A stretch of 12,521 nucleotides of DNA, from contig JBKPAK010000140.1 of the NCBI GenBank assembly GCA_046726415.1, forward strand, positions 1 to 12,521, written 5' to 3'. The notes under the pieces are model-generated. The model did not search any database and was not told the DNA's origin. It saw nothing but the letters and a program-made list of their open reading frames with translations. Origin of the DNA: Candidatus Methylomirabilota bacterium (lineage in GTDB: Bacteria > Methylomirabilota > Methylomirabilia > Rokubacteriales > CSP1-6). This document shows positions 1 through 6,322 of the stretch, piece after piece (position 1 is the first letter of the stretch; the number at the start of each line of letters is the position of its first letter). The position numbers and the translations under genes are program-made.

Positions 1-53
1 ACTGCCAAGCCGAGCAAGCGCCGTCGTCCCATCGGCGCACAGAATGAACTCAT
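1..53 (-). CDS. 5' end of a probable exported protein, running off the left edge (MSSFCAPMGRRRLLGLA...)
   Basis: ATG at 53, with an in-frame alternative ATG at 32, is open to the window edge. RRR followed by LLGLA resembles the start of a Tat/Sec signal peptide. A putative promoter and operator lie upstream. Only 17 codons are visible. Confidence 0.4.
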   Translation of the reverse strand, partial: MSSFCAPMGRRRLLGLA

Positions 54-100
54 ACCCCGCCGCCAGTAGGAAGGTGGCGAGGATGTCCCGGATGTGGGGA

Positions 101-116
101 TGGTCGTCGATGACCA
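101..116. promoter_or_regulatory. Near-perfect palindrome TGGTCgTCGAtGACCA, candidate repressor operator
   Basis: 7 of 8 positions pair. It is intergenic and lies directly downstream, on the - strand, of the candidate -10 at 119-127. Confidence 0.4.
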
Positions 117-118
117 GA

Positions 119-127
119 ATTTTGCCA
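119..127 (-). promoter_or_regulatory. Candidate extended -10 element (TGgCAAAAT) for the left-edge gene
   Basis: AT-rich patch matching TGn-NANNNT in GC-rich DNA. No convincing -35. Confidence 0.3.
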
Positions 128-183
128 GGCATGTCCGGGGAATGGTCGCACTAAACGGCGGTTGACTTGTTGAATTTTGTGCC

Positions 184-204
184 ACGCCCCACATTCAGGG
201 GCGT
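184..204. terminator. Hairpin ACGCCCC-N7-GGGGCGT downstream of the acyl-CoA dehydrogenase
   Basis: 7-bp perfect stem 32 nt past the stop at 237-239. There is no U-tract, so the terminator role is uncertain. Confidence 0.25.
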
Positions 205-236
205 TCGGCCCCGAGGCCACTGCACGTAGTAGGGCG

Positions 237-1406
237 TCAGTAGCTCTTCGGTAGGCCGAGGACGTGTTCCGAGAGGTAGTTGAGGGCCATCTGCTGCGAG
301 ACGGGGGCAATCTTGTACAAGCGCACCTCGCGCCACAGCCGCTCGACATAGAACTCCTTGGCGTAGCCGTATCCGCCATGGGTTTGAAGCGCGGCATCGC
401 AGGCCTCGAAGCCGGCCTCGGCGGACAGGAGCTTGGCTGCGTTGGCCTCCGCCCCGCAGGGACGGCCCGAGTCGCAGAGCCATGCGGCCTTCATGCAAAG
501 GAGCTCGGCGGTCTCGAGCTTGGCCCAGGCCATGGCCAGCGGATGCGCGATCGCCTGGTTCTGCCCGATGGGTCGGTCGAAGACGACGCGCTCCTTGGCA
601 TACTGCACCGCTCGCTCCAGGGCGGCCCGGCCGATGCCCACCGCCTCGATGCCCGTGAAGATCCTCTCGGGATTGAGCGAGTCCAGGAGGTGATAGAAGC
701 CCCGGCCCACGTCTCCGACCACGTCGGCGGCGGGGACCTCCAAGCCGTCGATGAAGATTTCGTTCGAATCGACCGCGGCTCGGCCGAGCTTCTCAATCTC
801 CCTCACCGTGATGCGCGAGCGGTCGAACGCCGTGAAGAAGAGCGTCATTCCCCCATACGGTCGGGTCGGATCCGCATCGCGGGGGGCCGTGCGGGCCAGC
901 AGCAGCATGTGGGTCGCCTGCCGCGCGTTGGTGTTCCACACCTTGCGGCCGTTCACGATGAAGCGATCGCCTTCTCGCCGGGCCACGGTCTGGATGCGCG
1001 AAGTGTCGGTGCCCGCGTTGGGTTCGGTGACCCCGAACGACATCGCGATCTCACCGGTCGCGATGCGAGGCAGATAGCGTTCCTTGAGGGCGGCCGATCC
1101 GTGCTTGATGAGCGGCAGCGGGGGGAACATGTAAAAGTGGATCGGTGAGGCTCCCGTCGTTCCGGCCCCCGCCGCGCAAATTTCGTGCAGGAGGATGGCG
1201 GCCTCGGTCACCCCGAGTCCAGAACCGCCGTACTCCTCTGGCACGATCATGCCGAGCCAGCCCCCCGCCGCGAAGGCCTTGACGAACTCCCACGGATACT
1301 CGGCGGTGCGATCGCGCTCCAGCCAGTACTCGGCGGAGAAGCTCCGGGCGAGGGTGCTCACTTCCTTGCGGATCAGCTCCTGCTGCTCGGTCAGCGTGAA
1401 ATCCAT
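237..1406 (-). CDS. Acyl-CoA dehydrogenase family flavoprotein (389 aa)
   Basis: Motifs PEEYGGSG, VTEPNAGTD, NGRKVW, LNPERI, RVVFDRPIGQNQ and QTHGGYGY. Typical length and an MDFTLTEQQ N-terminus. Confidence 0.96.
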   Translation of the reverse strand: MDFTLTEQQELIRKEVSTLARSFSAEYWLERDRTAEYPWEFVKAFAAGGWLGMIVPEEYGGSGLGVTEAAILLHEICAAGAGTTGASPIHFYMFPPLPLIKHGSAALKERYLPRIATGEIAMSFGVTEPNAGTDTSRIQTVARREGDRFIVNGRKVWNTNARQATHMLLLARTAPRDADPTRPYGGMTLFFTAFDRSRITVREIEKLGRAAVDSNEIFIDGLEVPAADVVGDVGRGFYHLLDSLNPERIFTGIEAVGIGRAALERAVQYAKERVVFDRPIGQNQAIAHPLAMAWAKLETAELLCMKAAWLCDSGRPCGAEANAAKLLSAEAGFEACDAALQTHGGYGYAKEFYVERLWREVRLYKIAPVSQQMALNYLSEHVLGLPKSY

Positions 1407-1412
1407 GCCCCG

Positions 1413-1418
1413 ATTCTA
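1413..1418 (-). promoter_or_regulatory. -10 box TAGAAT, 6 nt before the acyl-CoA dehydrogenase ATG (leaderless-type)
   Basis: The - strand reads TAGAAT-cggggc-ATG, with no strong Shine-Dalgarno at normal spacing. Confidence 0.6.
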
Positions 1419-1485
1419 CTCGACATGCCAGGCTGGCGCGGGGTGATCGCCTCGCTCGCCGGCGTGAAGGCATCCAGGACGGGCG

Positions 1486-1494
1486 TGCTAGCAT
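1486..1494 (+). promoter_or_regulatory. Extended -10 TGcTAGCAT, 8 nt before the lactonase ATG (leaderless or near-leaderless)
   Basis: TGCTAGCAT-accgaccc-ATG, with no SD. Confidence 0.55.
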
Positions 1495-1502
1495 ACCGAC
1501 CC

Positions 1503-2258
1503 ATGGCTGTGCAGGCGCTCCATGCCCTCCACAATGGATTCCTGGGATTCCAGCGCTCCGGTCTCTTCTACGGCGAGTACTCCGAAGAGCGGGTCCAGAT
1601 TCCCATCACCTGTTACCTCGCGCGCACGACGGACGCCGTCGTGCTGTTCGACACCGGGTTGTCGCCACGGGCCATCCCCGGGCTGCTCCGGAACGACTCG
1701 ATGGCTCGCTTCACCGACGACGATCTCCTCGTGCATCGCCTGGACGCGCTCGGGCTCGCGCCGAACGACGTGGATCTCGTCGTCATCTCCCATCTGCACT
1801 ACGACCACGCTGGGGGCGCGGAGCTGCTCGCGAAATCGGAGCTGATCGTCCAGCGCGACGAGTACGCCGCCGCGCAGTACCCCCCGCCCTTCTTCGCTTC
1901 GTTCTACTATCGCAAGAACTTCGATCTGCCGGGCTACCGCTGGCGGCTGCTCGACGGAGACACCGAGCTGGCCCCAGGACTCACCGTGCTCCGCTCAGAT
2001 GGCCACACCCCCGGCCACCAGTCTCTGCTCGTCGAGCTGCCTCAGACGGGGCCGGTGATCCTGTCGGGCGACGCATGCTACTGGCAGGAGCACGTCGAGG
2101 CCGAACGCGTTCCGGGTGTGGTCTGGAACCCCGCGGCCGCGCTGCACTCGATCAAGCGGCTCAAGACGTTGGCCCGTCTGGTCGGGGGACGGATCTTCCC
2201 CGCGCACGATCCGGTCTTCTGGAAAACGGTCAAACAGGCCCCGGACGCCTACCGCTGA
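1503..2258 (+). CDS. N-acyl homoserine lactonase-like (AiiA/AttM family) metallo-beta-lactamase-fold hydrolase, 251 aa
   Basis: Dinuclear metal motifs LFDTG, SHLHYDHAG (HxHxDH), GHTPGHQS, SGDACY and PAHD. Start placed at ATG 1503 because the track start at 1185 overlaps the divergent gene. Substrate unknown. Confidence 0.9.
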   Translation: MAVQALHALHNGFLGFQRSGLFYGEYSEERVQIPITCYLARTTDAVVLFDTGLSPRAIPGLLRNDSMARFTDDDLLVHRLDALGLAPNDVDLVVISHLHYDHAGGAELLAKSELIVQRDEYAAAQYPPPFFASFYYRKNFDLPGYRWRLLDGDTELAPGLTVLRSDGHTPGHQSLLVELPQTGPVILSGDACYWQEHVEAERVPGVVWNPAAALHSIKRLKTLARLVGGRIFPAHDPVFWKTVKQAPDAYR

Positions 2259-2303
2259 TGCCGCGGGGGCGCTTGCCACCGCTCAGGCTACGCCCTCAGC
2301 ATC
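2257..2303 (+). terminator. Imperfect GC-rich stem-loop starting at the lactonase stop
   Basis: GATGC 2257-2261 pairs with GCATC 2299-2303, GGGGGCG 2265-2271 with CGCCCTC 2291-2297, and GCC with GGC. The tail is weak (gtcttcc). Confidence 0.3.
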
Positions 2304-2316
2304 GTCTTCCGCGACG

Positions 2317-2387
2317 CGACCCCGCTCCTGGCCGCTTCCTCGGCTCGGTCGTCGACCCCACTCTTTGCCGCTCCTCGGCTCGGTCGT
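2317..2387. repeat. Intergenic tandem duplication, 36 bp + 35 bp
   Basis: cgaccccgctcctggccgcttcctcggctcggtcgt (2317-2352) versus cgaccccactctttgccgc-tcctcggctcggtcgt (2353-2387): 3 mismatches and 1 indel. Confidence 0.9.
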
Positions 2388-2395
2388 GCTATTTT
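2365..2395 (+). promoter_or_regulatory. Candidate sigma70-type promoter: TTGCCG ... TGcTATTTT (extended -10)
   Basis: -35-like TTGCCG at 2365-2370 with a long 19-nt spacer, TG at 2387-2388 and TATTTT at 2390-2395. An ATG follows 7 nt later at 2403. Confidence 0.5.
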
Positions 2396-2402
2396 CGGGG
2401 CC

Positions 2403-2510
2403 ATGTCGCGCATCCGGCCCACCGCCTTCACCGCGTCGCGCGCGACCGGCCGGTCGGGTGCGGATGGGACGCGAGTTCCGCCGGCTGAAGTCATGGAGAA
2501 CTTGCGATGA
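2403..2510 (+). CDS. Putative leaderless leader peptide/uORF, 35 aa (MSRIRPTAFTASRATGRSGADGTRVPPAEVMENLR)
   Basis: The ATG sits at the predicted transcription start. The TGA at 2508-2510 overlaps the MmgE/PrpD ATG at 2507 (ATGA). Not in the ORF track, and no homology recognised. Confidence 0.35.
   Translation: MSRIRPTAFTASRATGRSGADGTRVPPAEVMENLR
2406..2506 (+). promoter_or_regulatory. Structured 5' leader with alternative stems, one occluding the ribosome-binding region
   Basis: A long hairpin at 2406-2474 and a 9-bp stem at 2470-2478/2498-2506 share CGCGA 2470-2474. The SD GGAGA is at 2495-2499. Confidence 0.4.
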
Positions 2511-3886
2511 CAGCCAGCACGCGGTTGGCGAAGTTCACCGTCGAAACTGAGGCCACCGACTGTCCGCCGGCGGCGCTGGTCGCGGTGCGTCGCGCCATTC
2601 TCGATACCCTCGGCGTGGCGCTCGCCGGCGCAGGTGAGTCAGTGGCGCGCATCGTGCGCCGCGTGTTGCGCGCCGAAGGGACGACCCCGCTCTGCACGGT
2701 CTTCGGCACGCGCATGCGCGCCAGCGCGCCGGCGGCGGCCCTCGCCAATGGCGCGGCCGGCCACGCGCACGACTTCGACGACACGAACTTCGCGTTGCTG
2801 GGGCATCCGAGCGTCCCCCTCCTCGCGGCGGCTCTGGCCGCCGCCGAAACGGAGGGGGCCGATGGAGCTCGGGTGGCTCTCGCGTACATCATCGGGTTCG
2901 AGGTCAACGCCGCCGTGGGTGCCGCGGTCAACCCCGCGCACTACGAGCGCGGCTGGCACGCAACCTCGTCCATCGGCAGCCTGGGCTGCGCGACCGTCGC
3001 CGCTCGGATCTTGGGGCTCGACGTCGAAGCCTCGCGAACCGCCCTCGGTATCGCGGCCTCGCTGGCCTCCGGCATCAAAGAGAACTTCGGCTCGATGGCG
3101 AAGCCGTTCCATGCCGGCCATGCCGCGCGCAACGGGGTGTGGGCCGCCATGCTGGCCCGCGAGGGGCTTTCGGCGTCCCCCACGGCGCTCGATGGACCTC
3201 AGGGGTACCTGGCCGCCTTCGGTGGGTCAGACAGTCTGGAGGTCGGGTTGTGCGGGCTGGGTCAACGCTGGCAACTCGTGGAATCCGGGATCGCGGTCAA
3301 GCCCTATCCGTCATGCGCGATGACCCATTCGGCGATCGACGCCCTCATCGATCTGCGAGAGCGCCATCGCCTCGATCCCGATCAGATCAGCCAGGTCGAG
3401 GTAGGGGTCACGCGGGTGGTGCCCAACATCTTGCGCCATGCCCAGCCCGCCACCGCGCTGGAACGGAAGTTCTCCATGCAGTTCTGCGCGGCGGCGGCCC
3501 TGGCAGATGGCCAGCTGACCCTCGACAGCTTCGACGAGGGACCGCCGTCGCCGGCCATCGAGAAGCTCATGTCGCGTGTCTCGATGGTCGTCGACGAAGC
3601 GCTGCCCGCCGAGCGCGAGCAGCACGCCTGGAGTCGCGTGACCCTCCGCCTCTGGGACGGTCGAACGCTCACCTCGCCGCCGCGTGGTGCGCAGGGACAC
3701 CCCGACCAGCCGCTCTCGGAGGCGGCGCTGCACGCCAAGTTCCTGGCGTGCGCCACTCGGGTCCTGCCCCGGGGCGAGGCCGAGGCCGTGGCCGAACAGA
3801 TCGCCGGCTTCGAGAACATCCCCGACATCCGCGCGCTGACCTCGCGTCTGGTCGGCGACATCGACGAGCCTCGGCGGCTCGCCTGA
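2507..3886 (+). CDS. MmgE/PrpD family protein, iminodisuccinate-epimerase-like (459 aa)
   Basis: Motifs ILDTLGV, NGAAGHAHDFDD, GHPS, YERGWHATS, KPFHAG, KPYPSC and KFSMQF. SD GGAGA lies 7 nt upstream. Confidence 0.93.
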   Translation: MTASTRLAKFTVETEATDCPPAALVAVRRAILDTLGVALAGAGESVARIVRRVLRAEGTTPLCTVFGTRMRASAPAAALANGAAGHAHDFDDTNFALLGHPSVPLLAAALAAAETEGADGARVALAYIIGFEVNAAVGAAVNPAHYERGWHATSSIGSLGCATVAARILGLDVEASRTALGIAASLASGIKENFGSMAKPFHAGHAARNGVWAAMLAREGLSASPTALDGPQGYLAAFGGSDSLEVGLCGLGQRWQLVESGIAVKPYPSCAMTHSAIDALIDLRERHRLDPDQISQVEVGVTRVVPNILRHAQPATALERKFSMQFCAAAALADGQLTLDSFDEGPPSPAIEKLMSRVSMVVDEALPAEREQHAWSRVTLRLWDGRTLTSPPRGAQGHPDQPLSEAALHAKFLACATRVLPRGEAEAVAEQIAGFENIPDIRALTSRLVGDIDEPRRLA

Positions 3887-3899
3887 AGGGAGATCTTCG

Positions 3900-5090
3900 A
3901 TGGGAGTGCTGGACGGGATCAAGATCCTCGAGATGGCGCGCGTGGCGCCGGCGGAAATGCCGGGCATGATGCTGGCCGACATGGGCGCCGACGTAGTGAA
4001 GATCGAGACGCCGGGCCACACCGGGCCCGGCGATGCAGAGGCGGAACGGCGGGACGCCTTTGCCTTCGTGAACCGCAACAAGCGCAGCATGACTCTCAAC
4101 ATGAAAGAGCGCGAGGGGCAGGAGATCTTCCGAACCTTGGCCACCGCCGCCGATGTCGTCGTCGAGGGCTTCCGGCCCGGCGTCATGAAGCGGCTCGGCG
4201 CAGACTACGAGACCATCCGTGCCCTCAATCCCCGGATCGTCTACTGCTCACTCTCCGGGTACGGACAGGACGGACCCTACCGCGACTATCCGGCTCACGA
4301 TCTGAACTATCTGTCGCTGGCCGGCGTCCTCGGCCTCATCGGCGAGGCCGACCGCAAGCCGGTCATCCCGCTCAATCTCGTCGCCGACTACGCGGGGGCG
4401 AGCTTGCACGGGGCCCTCGGCATCATGCTCGCTCTCTTCGCCCGCGAGCGGACCGGGCGCGGCCAGCACGTCGACGTCTCCTATCTCGACACCACGCTGT
4501 CGTTGCTGGCCGCCACCCCGAACATGCGCTTTCTCTTCAGCGATGGCTTGGCCCCCCGGCGGGGCGCCGGCTTCCTCGGCGGCTCCTATCCCTACTACGC
4601 GATCTACGAGACTCGCGATGGCAAGCTCCTCACCATCGGCTGCACCGAGCCCTGGCTGTGGGAGAACTTCTGCAAGGCCATCGGCCATCCGGACTACGCT
4701 CGCTTTGCCCGCAGCGCCGACCAGTTCGTGCGCGCGGCCAATGCCGAGGAGGATGCGGTCCGGCGCGACATCGAGGCCATTATCCGGACCCGTGACCGCG
4801 ACGACTGGTACGAATATCTGGTGAAGGCCGACGTCTGCGTGGGCAAGGTGTACGACCCGGAGGAGGTCATTCAGGATCCTCAAGTCTTGCACCGCCAGAT
4901 GGTCGTGGACATCGACCATCCTCGGCACGGCCGCGTGCGACAGTTCGGGACCGCCATCAAGCTTTCCGACACCCCCGGCGGCGCCCGCACCGCGGGGCCG
5001 ACGACTGGGGAACACACGGAGGAGGTGCTGCGCGAGCTGGGCTACGGCGAGACCCACATCGCCGGCCTGCGCCGAACCGGCGTCATCTGA
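3900..5090 (+). CDS. CaiB/BaiF CoA-transferase family III protein, alpha-methylacyl-CoA racemase-like (396 aa)
   Basis: Motifs LADMGADVVKIE, NRNKRS, ADVVVEGFRPGV, GYGQDGPY, HDLNY, NLVADYAG and GEHTEEVL. SD GGGAG at 3888-3892. Confidence 0.94.
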   Translation: MGVLDGIKILEMARVAPAEMPGMMLADMGADVVKIETPGHTGPGDAEAERRDAFAFVNRNKRSMTLNMKEREGQEIFRTLATAADVVVEGFRPGVMKRLGADYETIRALNPRIVYCSLSGYGQDGPYRDYPAHDLNYLSLAGVLGLIGEADRKPVIPLNLVADYAGASLHGALGIMLALFARERTGRGQHVDVSYLDTTLSLLAATPNMRFLFSDGLAPRRGAGFLGGSYPYYAIYETRDGKLLTIGCTEPWLWENFCKAIGHPDYARFARSADQFVRAANAEEDAVRRDIEAIIRTRDRDDWYEYLVKADVCVGKVYDPEEVIQDPQVLHRQMVVDIDHPRHGRVRQFGTAIKLSDTPGGARTAGPTTGEHTEEVLRELGYGETHIAGLRRTGVI

Positions 5091-6322
5091 TGCGGCGAGC
5101 CGGCCGGGCACGGTGGCTCGTCGCCGCCATCTCATGGGCGCTGGTCCTGGTGGCGGTGGCGCCGGCTCCGAGCGGCGCACAGGACTCTGACCGGCTTCGC
5201 GGCTACTTCGACATCCGCGGCGGGGAGAGCAATCCCCTGGTCAAGGCCGACGATCACGTCGGCTTCTCCCTGGGCGCGAACCTCGGTCTCCACCTCGGAG
5301 CCGAGCTGTCCGCCGACTTCTACGATCTGCCGCTCAACGCGTCCGGCTTCGGCAAGATCGGCGAGTACGGCGTCGGGGTCATCGCCCCTCTGGTTCGTTT
5401 CCGCTATCCGCTGTTTGGCAACCGGCTCGTTCCCTACGTCCTCGGCGGAGCTGGTGTCGCCATCGGCCAGTTCAACGACCGCAAGCCACGGGGCTTCGGT
5501 CTCTCGGTGGATGCCGACACCAGCGTCCCCGTCGGCGTGGTCGGTGGGGGTATCGAGTATTTCGTGGCCGACAACATTGCCGTGGGGCTCGAGGGACGGT
5601 ACATCGCCGCGGGGGACCAGAGCTTCGAGGTCCAGGGCACGCGCCAGAAGCAGAACATCAGCACGGGCCTGTTCACCTTGGGGCTGCGCATGTTCTACCC
5701 CGAGCTGATGCCCGCGCCGCTGGCGGAGTCCGACTCATCGCCCCCGGTGCGCTTCTACTTCGGCGTGAAAGCGGGCGGCGCCGTGCTGACCGACAGTCAA
5801 ATCTTTCCCGGCACGGGGACGACGCCCGAGCCGGCCGCCTACGGGGGCACCATCAATCAGATGTTCGGCGTTGCCGGGGGCGTCAACTGGGGCCGCTACT
5901 TCGGCGTCGAGCTGTCCCTGGAGGGATTCGAGACCAACCTCACCCTGTCGGGGCTGCCCGCCATCGGCGAGTACGCCGTGTATGCCGCCATCCCACAGTT
6001 CCGCCTGCGGTATCCCCTCATGGACGGAAAGCTCCAGCCCTACGTGCTCGGTGGCGTCGGGGTCGGCTACGCCGAATTCAACGACGCGAAGCCACCGAGT
6101 GCCAACGTGCGGGTAACGGGTACCGATAACTACACCCTCGCCGCCTCCCTGGGAGCCGGGGTGGACTACTTCGTGATGCGGAACATCGCGGTAGCCCTCG
6201 AGACCAAGTTCCTGACCGTCCGCGACCAGTCGATCGCGTTCAACGACGGCCCGACGCAAAAGGGCAACATCAACGCGTTCCTGTTCTCCCTGGGGCTGCG
6301 CGTCTTCCTCGGCCAGCTCTGA
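5090..6322 (+). CDS. Outer-membrane protein with two tandem OmpW/OmpA-like beta-barrel repeats (410 aa)
   Basis: Sec signal peptide (basic N-terminus, hydrophobic core, SGA/Q). Amphipathic strands with aromatic girdle motifs, PYVLGGxGV twice, and a clear internal duplication. TGATG overlap with the upstream gene. Confidence 0.85.
   Translation: MRRAGRARWLVAAISWALVLVAVAPAPSGAQDSDRLRGYFDIRGGESNPLVKADDHVGFSLGANLGLHLGAELSADFYDLPLNASGFGKIGEYGVGVIAPLVRFRYPLFGNRLVPYVLGGAGVAIGQFNDRKPRGFGLSVDADTSVPVGVVGGGIEYFVADNIAVGLEGRYIAAGDQSFEVQGTRQKQNISTGLFTLGLRMFYPELMPAPLAESDSSPPVRFYFGVKAGGAVLTDSQIFPGTGTTPEPAAYGGTINQMFGVAGGVNWGRYFGVELSLEGFETNLTLSGLPAIGEYAVYAAIPQFRLRYPLMDGKLQPYVLGGVGVGYAEFNDAKPPSANVRVTGTDNYTLAASLGAGVDYFVMRNIAVALETKFLTVRDQSIAFNDGPTQKGNINAFLFSLGLRVFLGQL

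Noticed and set aside
169..184. TGGCAC on the - strand as a sigma54 -24 element
   Set aside because: There is no TTGC or GC at the -12 position (TGGCACAAAATTCAAC).
1185..1502. 106-aa N-terminal extension of the lactonase in the ORF track
   Set aside because: It overlaps the divergent ACAD gene and both promoters. The MBL domain and the -10 geometry point to ATG 1503.
2317..2387. 36-bp repeat as a CRISPR remnant
   Set aside because: There are only two directly abutting copies, with no spacer and no cas genes.
2256..2510. The lactonase UGA is followed by a hairpin and an open frame continuous with the uORF (possible selenocysteine or readthrough)
   Set aside because: The protein ends where AiiA/AttM-like proteins normally end (APDAYR). 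The extension crosses a repeat and a promoter and does not look protein-like, the hairpin lacks clear SECIS features, and such open stretches are common at high GC.
2507..3886. Calling the gene prpD (methylcitrate cycle)
   Set aside because: No prpB, prpC or acnD lies nearby, and the residue pattern fits the epimerase-like branch better.
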